A stretch of DNA of 64,000 nt from Patescibacteria group bacterium (GTDB taxonomy: Bacteria > Patescibacteriota > Minisyncoccia > Phycocordibacterales > UBA1006). Under the pieces are notes generated by a model. It was not told the DNA's origin, did no database searches, and worked only from the letters and a program-made list of their open reading frames with translations. Positions 54,899 through 64,000 of this stretch are shown one piece after another (the first letter of the stretch is position 1; every line of letters begins with the position of its first letter). The position numbers and the translations under genes were made by a program. Where the stretch lies: the NCBI GenBank assembly GCA_028286885.1, contig JAQBQS010000008.1, positions 12,121-76,120 of the forward strand, written 5' to 3'.

Positions 54899-55564
54899 CT
54901 ATTCGGTTACCACCTGCCCGTCGGAAATCCTGATGATGCGGTCGCAGTGGATCGTATATTCCTTCTCGTGCGTAACCATCACAATCGTCTGTCCCTGCGC
55001 GTGCAGGCTGCGGAAAATATCGATGACGGCCTGGCTCGACACATTGTCAAGGTTGGCCGTCGGCTCGTCCGCAAACAGAATCTTCGGATTGTGCGCAACG
55101 GCGCGCGCGATCGATACGCGCTGCTGTTCCCCTCCCGACATCTGGCTCGGCAAGTTATCAGCACGATGAAGCAAATCGATTTTTTTCAAGGAATCGGTAG
55201 CGATCCGCTTGGCTTCATCGTCTGTTTTTCCCTGCATCAAAAGCGGCACCATGACGTTTTCGATTGCGGTAAGCTCAGGGAGCAGCGCGTAATCTTGGAA
55301 AATATATCCGAGCTGGTTCAGGCGAAATTCCGTTCGCGCGTTGGTATCGAGATCGGTCGCGTTTATGCCGTCAATTTCAATCGAACCTGTAGTCGGATGA
55401 TCAAGGAGGCTGATCTGGTACATCAGGGTGGATTTTCCCGCACCCGACTTTCCCATGATCGCGACAAATTCGCCCGACTTGATGCGGAGCGAAATTCCCT
55501 TCAAGACATGCGTCTCAACGGATCCGTTTTTGAACGTTTTGGTGATGTTGGTTACGTTGATCAT
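54899..55564 (-). CDS. ABC transporter ATP-binding protein (MacB/LolD/FtsE-like)
   Basis: Walker A GKSGAGKST, signature LSGGEQQR, Walker B ILFADE. Confidence 0.9.
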   Translation of the reverse strand: MINVTNITKTFKNGSVETHVLKGISLRIKSGEFVAIMGKSGAGKSTLMYQISLLDHPTTGSIEIDGINATDLDTNARTEFRLNQLGYIFQDYALLPELTAIENVMVPLLMQGKTDDEAKRIATDSLKKIDLLHRADNLPSQMSGGEQQRVSIARAVAHNPKILFADEPTANLDNVSSQAVIDIFRSLHAQGQTIVMVTHEKEYTIHCDRIIRISDGQVVTE

Positions 55565-56133
55565 ACAAATGATATTGAAGCTGTTTCAGATGCTTTATCG
55601 GGCTTGGGATCATTTTCCATGGAGAAATAAAGAGCGACGGATGTAACAGTGATTTCCAAATTCGGATCAAGATGAATGATTTCCTCGACATTCACGTTTT
55701 CCAAACCTTCCAATTCGTAACGGCCGAGGCCGATATGAAAATGATTCTCCGAGAACACATCGAATGGCACTTCATATTTCTTGGCAATGCTGACAACTTT
55801 TTCCGACAGCGCGTCAAGGTCGGCATTTGGCGAGAGCTTGAGGCGCAACGCTCCGACTTTCCGTCCGTCTACCATTCGTTCGCGCATATGAACCGCGGCA
55901 ATGCGAATCTTGAAAGACTTCTGGTCTTTGAAAACATCTGCAAGTTCGATTCCGACTTGTTCAACTTCTTCTTGAGAAAGACTATTGCCGAATGAAACGG
56001 TCGTATGAGGCACCCATTGATCGGTGTATGCGGAATGGCCCAAAACTTTTCTTATTTCATCTTGAAAGCCGAGCACGGCATCGGTGCTCGCTTGGTCGAA
56101 AAGTGCAATGTATGTGTAATCGTGTTTGTTCAT
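55561..56133 (-). CDS. 2H phosphoesterase-like protein (LigT/YjcG-like; second H-x-T/S motif degenerate)
   Basis: HTTVSF first motif and HIGLGR at the second position. ATGA overlap with the downstream ATPase gene. Confidence 0.4.
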   Translation of the reverse strand: MNKHDYTYIALFDQASTDAVLGFQDEIRKVLGHSAYTDQWVPHTTVSFGNSLSQEEVEQVGIELADVFKDQKSFKIRIAAVHMRERMVDGRKVGALRLKLSPNADLDALSEKVVSIAKKYEVPFDVFSENHFHIGLGRYELEGLENVNVEEIIHLDPNLEITVTSVALYFSMENDPKPDKASETASISFV

Positions 56134-56142
56134 ATAAATAAA

Positions 56143-57399
56143 TTAGCGGCCAAGGATGCTGTCAAGCGTATTCTTGCGAACGATCATGCGCGCGGGAATG
56201 AATCCGGCGATAAGCGTTACGATCAGGAGAATGACGATTCGAACGGCAGTTCCCGCAGGCTCTGCGACCAAAATTCCATCGGAGAACGGGAAATTGATCG
56301 GGTGCGCGTTGAATGCCGGGACAAGAAGACCGTAGAGAATGAGCGTTCCGAGAATCGAACCTGATACCGCGTAGAACATCGACTGCAGCAGATATGAAAT
56401 CTGAATCGCCATCGGCGAGACTCCGATTCCCTTCAAGATTCCAATGTATTTCCGGCGCGTCACGGCGTTGATGAAGATGACGATGAAAATCGTAATCGAT
56501 GCAACGACGATGCCAATGGCGCCGATCATATTGCCGAGAACGCCGAAGGCTGTCTTGATCTGGTTCAAGAAATCAGGGATGGCTTCCGTTGCCGTCTGAA
56601 TCTTGGCATAGTCTGAAAATCCACTCCTAACGAAAGTGTCTTTCGAAGCCTCGTCGGTAATGGTCGGAACATGGCGAAGCGCGATCTCGTTGACATCAAG
56701 ACTTGGACGTCCTGCCAGCCGCAAGAAGTCTCCTTGCGTTACGAATGCACGGATCGACACGTCGCCGACTTTTGATTTCAAAATTCCTTTTACGATGAAT
56801 TCCTGCGTCTTGCCGTCGACGGTAATCTTGACCCTGTCGCCCGGATACGTGCCACCGAGGGAATCAAATCCGTCGCCGAACGACGACGAGTAGCGCTGGA
56901 GCAGGTTCGCACCGAGCACAACGTAGCCGCTCTCTGACGGATCAAGATACGCACCTTCCACAACCTGTTTGGACAGGTGCGAGAAATCATTTTCACGGTT
57001 CGCGTCGATTCCCGTCAGCTGTGTTCCGGCCGTGTCCGCCTTGGCATTGAAATCGGTGCGCGTCTGATAGTTCGCCTCGACCGTTCCGCCCGAAAGAAAC
57101 CGGTACGTGTATTGCGTAACATTTTTGTCTGCGCGAACAGTAGCCAAGATGTCCTGGCTTTTTTGAATATCAGCCTTGCCCGCGCGCGTCGTCATAATGA
57201 CATCGCCCGTGTATTGGTCACGGTTCGCATTGTTTCCTCCCACGATGAGCCCCACCAAAATTCCCGACACGACGACGAGGTTCAAGAAGGTCAGCGTCAT
57301 GATGAAAATGATCAAACCTGTCGTCGACCGGTTTGCGCGTTTGAGCTGCTTTGTTCCGAGGAAAATCCCGAGTTTAAATGATGTTCGGAAATTGCTCAT
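56143..57399 (-). CDS. ABC transporter permease, FtsX-like (MacB-type)
   Basis: N-terminal TM helix, large periplasmic domain, C-terminal four-helix FtsX bundle. Confidence 0.8.
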   Translation of the reverse strand: MSNFRTSFKLGIFLGTKQLKRANRSTTGLIIFIMTLTFLNLVVVSGILVGLIVGGNNANRDQYTGDVIMTTRAGKADIQKSQDILATVRADKNVTQYTYRFLSGGTVEANYQTRTDFNAKADTAGTQLTGIDANRENDFSHLSKQVVEGAYLDPSESGYVVLGANLLQRYSSSFGDGFDSLGGTYPGDRVKITVDGKTQEFIVKGILKSKVGDVSIRAFVTQGDFLRLAGRPSLDVNEIALRHVPTITDEASKDTFVRSGFSDYAKIQTATEAIPDFLNQIKTAFGVLGNMIGAIGIVVASITIFIVIFINAVTRRKYIGILKGIGVSPMAIQISYLLQSMFYAVSGSILGTLILYGLLVPAFNAHPINFPFSDGILVAEPAGTAVRIVILLIVTLIAGFIPARMIVRKNTLDSILGR

Positions 57400-57400
57400 A

Positions 57401-58912
57401 TTATTTTAAGGCGTCCGTGCTGACGCGGTCGCCTTCCGAAAGTCCTGAAAGAATTTCGGTCGAACTGTCGCTTCCGCGAATTCCGGTCGTAATCGTTCGC
57501 TTTTCAGTCTTATCATCCTTGTTAATCACATAGACATATGACGAACGATCCGTATCGCTGTGAATAAAACTTGCCGGAATCGAAAGAACGTTTTCTTTCG
57601 AGGAAATAACAATCGTCGCTGTTGCCGTCATTCCTGATCGAATTCGCTCATCAGGGGTCGTAAACGCAACTTTCGTTTCATAGACGGGAACGCCGCTTAC
57701 TATTGTCTCTGCAGGATCAATCGTCGTGATCTTTCCTGGGAAGACGACTCCTGCTCCATAGGCATCAAGCGCAATATCAACTGATTGTCCAACTGACAAT
57801 TTGGCAACGCTGATTTCAGGAACATCAAGAACAACCTCGTAATCGCTTTGCGAGATGAGCGTGATTGTCGAACCGCTTGTTCCAGTTGTCGATGAATCTG
57901 ATGATCCAATCGATGTTGTGGTTTGTCCCGGTTTCAAGTTTACGTTTGCAACTGTTCCATCAAACGATGCAACAATACGGCGGCGTCCGATCTGCGACAA
58001 GATGCTGTCTACTTGGGACTGCGCCTGCTCTACGCGAGCCTGTGCGATCGAATTGTCGGTTCCGTTTTGCGAGAGGTCAGCTTTCGCATTTGAGATAGCA
58101 AGATCGCGCGCCGAAAGCGCCGCCGAATAAGCATTGTAGTTCGCCGTATAATTCGGCGAGCGTTTGTTAGGAATATTCACCACCCATTTTGTTCCCGCGT
58201 AAAGATAACCTGTTCCGGGAAATGAAATGAAAAGACCCTTCGTGCCGAGCGGTACGGGAGTATTTGAGCTTACTTGTCCTACATTTGATTCAAGTCCTGA
58301 TGTTGACCATGAAGCGCCCGAGTTAGAATTCGATGAATACACCGTAATGTCATACTCGCCTTCTGATCCGGAATAGGTTCCTGAAATTACCGGAGCCTGG
58401 ATGCTCGGGTTGATGTTCACATCATTTGATGCGGCAGCAAGGCCATTCGATAAAAGGTTGCTGTAGGCATTGGCAACCAATGTGTTCTGCTGCGCCGTTA
58501 CGTTGTCCAAACTTGTCGTGTTCGTTGCAACTCCTGCCCGCGCAATGGTGAGAGCCGCCTGTGCGTTTTTGAGATTTGCATACAAGTCAGACGTATCGAG
58601 AGACGCGAGGATTTGCCCCTGCTGAACTTTCTGCCCTTCGGAAACGGAAACGCTTGCAACCCTGCCCTGGTCGGCAAAGCCGAGTTCCACCGCGCTCGCG
58701 GATTTCGTGCGCCCTGAAAGGACGACTGAATCGACAACATTCGCCCGCGTTGCGGTTGCAACCGTCGCGTCGGCGGTTTTCGTTCCTTTGTGGAAGATCG
58801 CAAAAAGGATAATGATGACTACGACGACAATGAACCAGAATAATTTGCTTTTCTTGTTATTGTTCCAGAAGGTTTTAGCGCGTTCGATAAATGATTTCAT
58901 GGGGTGCATCAT
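57401..58912 (-). CDS. HlyD-family periplasmic adaptor (MacA-like membrane fusion protein)
   Basis: N-terminal TM helix and coiled-coil/lipoyl-like segments. Lies 1 nt upstream of the permease gene. Confidence 0.75.
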   Translation of the reverse strand: MMHPMKSFIERAKTFWNNNKKSKLFWFIVVVVIIILFAIFHKGTKTADATVATATRANVVDSVVLSGRTKSASAVELGFADQGRVASVSVSEGQKVQQGQILASLDTSDLYANLKNAQAALTIARAGVATNTTSLDNVTAQQNTLVANAYSNLLSNGLAAASNDVNINPSIQAPVISGTYSGSEGEYDITVYSSNSNSGASWSTSGLESNVGQVSSNTPVPLGTKGLFISFPGTGYLYAGTKWVVNIPNKRSPNYTANYNAYSAALSARDLAISNAKADLSQNGTDNSIAQARVEQAQSQVDSILSQIGRRRIVASFDGTVANVNLKPGQTTTSIGSSDSSTTGTSGSTITLISQSDYEVVLDVPEISVAKLSVGQSVDIALDAYGAGVVFPGKITTIDPAETIVSGVPVYETKVAFTTPDERIRSGMTATATIVISSKENVLSIPASFIHSDTDRSSYVYVINKDDKTEKRTITTGIRGSDSSTEILSGLSEGDRVSTDALK

Positions 58913-58953
58913 AGCATTTTTGGCTTAAATGTTCCATAAGCAAAAAGGACTTG

Positions 58954-60756
58954 TTAGTCCTTTTTCTGCTTCTTCGCCCGTCCTGATTCCTGCAAGACCT
59001 GCTTGCGGATTCGCGTAGACTTCGGCGTGATTTCGAGATATTCGTCTTCGGTCATGATCTCCAGTCCTCGCTCGATCGTAACTGCGATCGGCGGGATGAG
59101 GAGAATCGTCTCGTCCGTACCGGACGCTCGCATGTTGGTGAGCTGCTTGCCTTTCGTCGGGTTGACCACCATCTCATCGCCCTTCGCGGTGTTTCCGATA
59201 ACCATTCCCTCGTAGACCTCGGTCTGCGGACCAATGTAGAGCTGTCCTCGATCCTGGAGGTTTCCAAGAGCGAATCCGAGCGCCTTGCCCGACTCCATCG
59301 ATGTCATCGATCCGACGGATCGTTTCTCGATAAATCCTGCATACGCGCGGAACTCGAGGAATCGCGATGCCATGATTCCCTCTCCCTTCGTGTCGATCAT
59401 GAACTGCCCGCGATATCCGAAAAGTCCACGTGTCGGTCCTTCAAACAGCATTCGCACGCTGTTCTGATGGATTTTCATGTCCTTCATGATGAACGCGCGC
59501 TTGCCGAGTTTCTCAATGACTGAACCCTGGAATTCCGACGGAACGTCGATGGTGACTTCCTCAAACGGCTCGCTTTTGACGCCGTCGATGTCTTTTACGA
59601 TCGCCTGCGGCTGCGATACCTGGATCTCGAATCCTTCGCGTCGCATGTTTTCAAGAAGCACGGCGATGTGCATCTCGCCTCGTCCGTACACCTTGAATCC
59701 TTCGAGCGCTCGGTCAGGATCCGGTTCGAAATCGACTCGCAAACCTACGTTGATCTCGAGTTCTTTTTCAAGTCGCTCGCGAATCTGTCGCGTCGTTACG
59801 AATTTTCCTTCGCGTCCTGCGAACGGTGAATTGTTGACCAAGAAGTCCAATTTGATTGTCGGCTCGTCAACTGTAATGGCTGGAAGTGCTTCAACGTTTG
59901 GATCGGTTGCAACAGTCTCTCCGATGAAGATATCCGCAATTCCGGCGATCATCGCGATGTCTCCGGCAACTACCTCGTCAACTTCCTTTCGATTCGTTCC
60001 TTCAAATGAGAACAGTTTTGTAATCTTGCCTGGTCGTCGTGTTCCTGTGATCGGGTTTACGATCGTAACGGTCTGACCATTCTTAGCAATTCCCTCGTAA
60101 ACGCGTCCAACTCCCAATCGTCCGAGGAAGTTGTCATATGCCAAGTTAAACGGCTGCATTCGAAACGGCTTTGTCGTATCGTTCGCAGCTGGCGGAACTT
60201 TTTCAAGGACCGTATCAAAGAGAGGTTTCAAGTCAACCAGAGGGTCGTCCATCTTTCGCTTTGCGGTTCCGTCTCGTCCGATCGCATAGACTGTCGTAAA
60301 GTCGAGCTGCTCGTCGGTCGCGCCGAGTTCCATGAAGAGCTCGAAAACTTCGTCGTGAGCCTTCTCGACGTTCGCACCCGGCTTGTCGATCTTGTTCAAA
60401 ACCAAAATTGGCTTGAGGCCGAGCTCGAGTGATTTCTTGAGCACGAATCGTGTTTGCGGCATCGGGCCTTCCTGCGCGTCCACGATGAGTAGTACCGAGT
60501 CAATTGATCGCAATACTCGCTCTACTTCGGAACCGAAGTCGGCATGTCCCGGAGTGTCCACAATGTTGATTTTTGTTCCATTGTAAAATACCGATGTATT
60601 CTTGGCGTAAATTGTAATTCCTCGCTCCTGCTCCAGAGCGTTTGAGTCCATTGAAACTCCAGCTTCGCGCATTCCGCACTGCTCGAGCATGTTGTCCGTA
60701 AGCGTCGTCTTGCCGTGGTCCACGTGTGCAATAATTGCAATATTTCGAATTTCCAT
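58954..60756 (-). CDS. typA: translational GTPase TypA/BipA
   Basis: [17 protein letters not shown] and BipA-like C-terminus. Start at ATG 60756. Confidence 0.9.
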   Translation of the reverse strand: MEIRNIAIIAHVDHGKTTLTDNMLEQCGMREAGVSMDSNALEQERGITIYAKNTSVFYNGTKINIVDTPGHADFGSEVERVLRSIDSVLLIVDAQEGPMPQTRFVLKKSLELGLKPILVLNKIDKPGANVEKAHDEVFELFMELGATDEQLDFTTVYAIGRDGTAKRKMDDPLVDLKPLFDTVLEKVPPAANDTTKPFRMQPFNLAYDNFLGRLGVGRVYEGIAKNGQTVTIVNPITGTRRPGKITKLFSFEGTNRKEVDEVVAGDIAMIAGIADIFIGETVATDPNVEALPAITVDEPTIKLDFLVNNSPFAGREGKFVTTRQIRERLEKELEINVGLRVDFEPDPDRALEGFKVYGRGEMHIAVLLENMRREGFEIQVSQPQAIVKDIDGVKSEPFEEVTIDVPSEFQGSVIEKLGKRAFIMKDMKIHQNSVRMLFEGPTRGLFGYRGQFMIDTKGEGIMASRFLEFRAYAGFIEKRSVGSMTSMESGKALGFALGNLQDRGQLYIGPQTEVYEGMVIGNTAKGDEMVVNPTKGKQLTNMRASGTDETILLIPPIAVTIERGLEIMTEDEYLEITPKSTRIRKQVLQESGRAKKQKKD

Positions 60757-60846
60757 AAGGTTCCAATCGTAACAAAAATTTGACATTTTGGCAAGGGTTT
60801 TCTATAGTTCCCAAGAAAACACATTCATCCACCTTAAAAATAAAAT

Positions 60847-61923
60847 ATGACCGAACACAAGACACTCATGATCGAAGGATATCTCCACATGTTCGGAGGC
60901 GAAAACCAGAACATTTCTGCATTGATCGCTTCCGGTGCAATTCCTGAACTGAAAGACTTTACTGTTCAGCCAGGCAAAGTGAGCGACTCGATCTACGGCG
61001 GCAAAGGAAGCTATGAAACCAAAGACGGAATCGTGGAGTTCGAAAATCCTCCGTTCAACGACAAAAATGGAAACCCGATCAGGATCCTCACGCGCACCGG
61101 AACCATCTCAACGCACGATGTCGTGCGCGGAAACGTTCCCTTCAAAGATCAGGTGCTTGCGCTCAATCATAACTTTATGAGGAAGCTCGTAGAGCCGTGG
61201 ATGCCGCATGCGCAGATCGATGTCGGACTTCTCGATACGTCTGTTGTGATTTTTGCACCGAATGCTACACGCTTTCCGGTTGAAAACGTCATCAGAGACT
61301 ATGCAGCCAAGAGCTCGACGGAAACTTCTCTCTATTACAATTATTTCAAACTGGGTAAGAGAGAATTTTGCGGGATTGACTTGACTCCTTATGAAGGAAA
61401 AATCATTCCCAACGGCAAACTGCCCTATCCGATGATGACTCCTTCCACAAAAGGAGTAAAAGACGCATCGGTAGCGCCCGAAGAGCTCTTCGTCCAAGGT
61501 TTTGGAAAAGCAGAATGGGATCACATCAGAAACGAATCTCTTTGTGCGTTTGCTGTTGTTGCGTATTATCTGCGTCAACGCGGAATTATTCTTGTCGATA
61601 CCAAGACCGAACATGGCAGGCTCATAAACGGACTCATCCGGGCAATCGACGAGCTCTATACACTCGACAGCTCCAGATTTTGGAAACTCAAACCCGATGG
61701 AACCATCCTTTGCGAAAATGATGAGCCTGTTTCATTCTCCAAGGAATTTGCACGAGGCCTCGCAAACGGATCAAATCCGTTCACCGAAGAAGAGCTCATC
61801 ATGATCGCCGAGAAATATATGGAGAGCATCGAGCTGATCACAGGACAGCCGTTTCAACCGATCAACCAATCATGGGAATCCCGGGTCGTAGCCGACATCA
61901 AGAAAGGATTTCACAATGTATAA
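60847..61923 (+). CDS. SAICAR synthetase (PurC) family protein, long form
   Basis: YGGKGSYETKDGIV, HDVVRGNVPF and GIILVDTKTEHG parallel the PurC motifs GKAK.VY, VVRN.AAGS and LILVDFKLEFG. Confidence 0.5.
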   Translation: MTEHKTLMIEGYLHMFGGENQNISALIASGAIPELKDFTVQPGKVSDSIYGGKGSYETKDGIVEFENPPFNDKNGNPIRILTRTGTISTHDVVRGNVPFKDQVLALNHNFMRKLVEPWMPHAQIDVGLLDTSVVIFAPNATRFPVENVIRDYAAKSSTETSLYYNYFKLGKREFCGIDLTPYEGKIIPNGKLPYPMMTPSTKGVKDASVAPEELFVQGFGKAEWDHIRNESLCAFAVVAYYLRQRGIILVDTKTEHGRLINGLIRAIDELYTLDSSRFWKLKPDGTILCENDEPVSFSKEFARGLANGSNPFTEEELIMIAEKYMESIELITGQPFQPINQSWESRVVADIKKGFHNV

Positions 61924-62007
61924 CACCACTCCCTGCGCTATGCAGGAAGTTTTTTATTGACAACATCTTTCCATTCATCTACTATCAAGCATGAAAAAAT
62001 AAAATAC

Positions 62008-62193
62008 ATGCCAAGACAACAAAAAATAATCAAGGAACAAGAAAATCCAAAACCTCCAATAGCCCCAAATCACAAAACGAAACCGGGCGATCCCGCATTC
62101 GCCGGCGCGCCGTTCAATACGAGATATGGAATTCCCGGATTCGTTAAATATCCCGGCGCACATAAATCGTACCAGAAAAAACCCTACGTCTAG
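62008..62193 (+). CDS. small Pro/Lys-rich hypothetical protein
   Basis: ATG at 62008 lies downstream of TTGACA-17-TACTAT. The longer ORF-track version would start inside the -35 box. Confidence 0.2.
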   Translation: MPRQQKIIKEQENPKPPIAPNHKTKPGDPAFAGAPFNTRYGIPGFVKYPGAHKSYQKKPYV

Positions 62194-62257
62194 CGAACTT
62201 CACCAAAAGATACAGATCGTGTCTTTTTTATTTACTTAAATTTGATATACTCGAACC

Positions 62258-62497
62258 ATGAATACATTACTTGCAACGAATATTCTCTTGGCCGCGATCG
62301 TGCTCGTATTTCTGGTCGTCGGAATCATGGTCGCCGTTCTCTTGGCAAACCTGATCGGAACGACGCGGCGAATCAAGCATATCGTGACCGTCTTTGACGA
62401 CGACGTCATCCGCGCGCGGTCGGTCGTTTCCGCGATCAAGGATTTGGTCGTCGATAAGCTTTTTGGAAAGCACAAAGAGCATAAGGAAAAGAAATAA
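62258..62497 (+). CDS. small membrane protein
   Basis: One TM helix. An extended -10 (TGaTATACT) lies 6 nt upstream, and a strong terminator follows. Confidence 0.45.
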   Translation: MNTLLATNILLAAIVLVFLVVGIMVAVLLANLIGTTRRIKHIVTVFDDDVIRARSVVSAIKDLVVDKLFGKHKEHKEKK

Positions 62498-62505
62498 ATA
62501 AAATA

Positions 62506-62545
62506 TCGCCAAGAATACATCTGTATTCTTGGCGATATTTTATTT
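62506..62545. terminator. bidirectional terminator
   Basis: aaatatcgccaagaataca-tc-tgtattcttggcgatatttt, a 19-bp stem. Confidence 0.6.
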
Positions 62546-62613
62546 GCATCAACCTTGCGACAAGAATATAATGAAAGAGGTCACTCAATTAATTTTTTAA
62601 CTTACAGAAATCT

Positions 62614-62994
62614 ATGGCACAGAAAAACACGAACACTGCAAATCTGATCAAAGGTCTCGGCATCGCGGGAGCAGCCGCTGCCGCGATCGCAGGAGGATAT
62701 TTCTTCTACGGAAAAGACGGCGCCAAGCACCGCAAGAATTTGAAATCATGGGCTGTCAAAGCCAAAGCGGAGGTCCTCGAGAAGCTCGAGAAAGCAAAAG
62801 ACATGTCCGAGGAAAACTACAACATGGCGATTGATTCCATTGCCGACAAGTATTCCAAGGTAAAGAGCATGGACCAGGCTGACGTCGCGGCATTCGCGAA
62901 AGACTTGAAAAAGCATTGGAAAGACATCAAGCGCGAAATTTCTCCAGCTCCTGCAAAGAAGGCTGCCAAGAAATCAGCAAAGAAGTCCAAATAA
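62614..62994 (+). CDS. hypothetical Lys/Ala-rich protein with N-terminal hydrophobic segment
   Basis: 126 aa; flanked by terminators. Confidence 0.5.
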   Translation: MAQKNTNTANLIKGLGIAGAAAAAIAGGYFFYGKDGAKHRKNLKSWAVKAKAEVLEKLEKAKDMSEENYNMAIDSIADKYSKVKSMDQADVAAFAKDLKKHWKDIKREISPAPAKKAAKKSAKKSK

Positions 62995-63060
62995 TTTGGA
63001 ACAGGAAAGCCATGCTGACGAGTATGGCTTTTTTCGCGCCTCTGCTATAATTGCCCCCAT

Positions 63061-63795
63061 ATGGAAGATACCCCAAAACCAATCTTGACCGACAACAGGC
63101 CATTTCGCCCGAAGCATCTGACGATCGACGATATCCGCGCCGGCTGCGTAAAATTGCACGGTGAAAACGGAGTTGAAACGGAAATCTGCGTATCCGACGA
63201 GGAACTGCGGCAAGGACTCGACTTTGTGGAGCATTTGGAAAAATCAATCACGATCTTCGGTTCCGCTCGAACACTGCAAGGCGACAAGTACTATGAAAAA
63301 GCCGTCCGCGTCGCCCACCGAGCCGTAAAGGAATGCGGATGCGCGGTGATCACCGGCGGCGGTCCCGGCATCATGCAGGCCGGCAACCAAGGAGCATACG
63401 AGGCAAATGGAAAATCAATCGGCATGCAGATCATTTTACCGCATGAACAAGTCACGAATCCGTATCTGACCGACGTGATCCCCTTCTATTTCTTCTATAA
63501 TCGCAAGACCGTCATGCGCTATGCATCCGAAGTCTACCTTTTCTTCCCAGGCGGATTCGGAACGCTCGACGAGCTGTCGGAGTCGCTGACGTTGGTACAG
63601 ACCGGCAAGATCGCAAACGTAAAGCTCATTCTCGTCGGCGTCGAGTTTTGGAAGCCGTTCCAAACATTCGTCGAGGAAAGGCTCGTTCCGCAAGCTCTCG
63701 TTTCCCCGACCGACGTCAACTTGTATACGATTACGGACGACGAAGACGAGATTGCGGAGATCATCAGGAACGCCCCGAAGCGAGAAAAGAATTAA
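63061..63795 (+). CDS. LOG family protein (cytokinin riboside 5'-monophosphate phosphoribohydrolase-like)
   Basis: ITGGGPGIMQAGNQGA and PGGFGTLDEL motifs. Confidence 0.8.
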   Translation: MEDTPKPILTDNRPFRPKHLTIDDIRAGCVKLHGENGVETEICVSDEELRQGLDFVEHLEKSITIFGSARTLQGDKYYEKAVRVAHRAVKECGCAVITGGGPGIMQAGNQGAYEANGKSIGMQIILPHEQVTNPYLTDVIPFYFFYNRKTVMRYASEVYLFFPGGFGTLDELSESLTLVQTGKIANVKLILVGVEFWKPFQTFVEERLVPQALVSPTDVNLYTITDDEDEIAEIIRNAPKREKN

Positions 63796-63850
63796 AGATG
63801 AAAAAACTGTAAGCTTGTTTGCTTACAGTTTTAAATTTAACAAATTTTTC

Positions 63851-64000
63851 TCATCCATATCTATTGCCAAACGAATTTCCCAATTCACCGAAAAGAAACA
63901 TTATAATGAGGAGAACTAATGCGAGAGAACCCATAGCCAAAAAGAAATCTCTAGCGAAGTAAATAATTTCATAAAAAAATTTTGGGTCTTTTATATGAAT
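63851..64000 (-). CDS. partial CDS (C-terminus of a hydrophobic protein; start beyond window)
   Basis: An open frame from the window edge to a TGA at 63851 encodes ...FFLAMGSLALVLLIIMFLFGELGNSFGNRYG. Confidence 0.25.
   Translation of the reverse strand: MHIKDPKFFYEIIYFARDFFLAMGSLALVLLIIMFLFGELGNSFGNRYG

Noticed and set aside
58913-58953. TATGAT -10 box immediately upstream of the macA-like gene, which would be another leaderless case
   Set aside because: The TATGAT hexamer is formed by the tandem ATG-ATG start codons themselves (gcTATGATGcac). It is not a promoter element, so it was removed from the leaderless list.
61957-62007. ORF-track start of the 78-aa ORF at 61957
   Set aside because: That ATG lies inside the -35 box (TTGACA) of the promoter that most plausibly drives this region. 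A start at ATG 62008 is more consistent, and the gene remains low-confidence.
1-64000. CRISPR arrays, integrases, transposases, rRNA genes
   Set aside because: No regularly spaced direct repeats. No recognisable recombinase or transposase motifs. No rRNA-like conserved stretches.

Overview
Annotation and anomaly hunt for a 64 kb bacterial window. The window is densely coding, with short intergenic spacers and many stop/start overlaps. The gene set looks like a small-genome Patescibacteria/CPR-like organism, but that placement is inference only. There is no rRNA, no CRISPR array and no transposase or integrase.

Recognisable content:
- Cell-wall genes: alr, an L/F-tRNA-protein transferase-like gene, a class A beta-lactamase-like hydrolase, a VanX-type dipeptidase, murJ, murB, glmS, an O-antigen-ligase/TPR protein, and several peptidoglycan-binding secreted proteins.
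- Cell-division genes: ftsA, ftsZ and an FtsB-like gene.
- Translation and RNA genes: leuS, valS, lepA, typA, tsaD, rpsU, ybeY, rnj, pyrH, gmk, secG, an RluB-like pseudouridine synthase and a SpoU methyltransferase.
- An ABC/HlyD efflux operon.
- Four tRNAs found by hand folding: Glu-UUC, Val-GAC, Phe-GAA and Arg-CCU.

Most notable observations:
1. A complete NUDIX hydrolase domain is inserted inside LeuRS, in addition to two standalone NUDIX genes.
2. A tandemly duplicated promoter+gene cassette of unknown function, in which the promoter and 5' leader are more conserved than the proteins.
3. A recurring promoter architecture with the -10 box only 6-9 nt upstream of ATG, which implies leaderless mRNAs.
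4. A PriA homolog that has lost its Walker A and DEEH motifs.
5. A secreted DUF333 + Kazal-like + PG-binding protein.
6. An orphan promoter-to-terminator unit of about 370 nt after priA.

All calls come from motif and pattern recognition by eye. No database searches were run.
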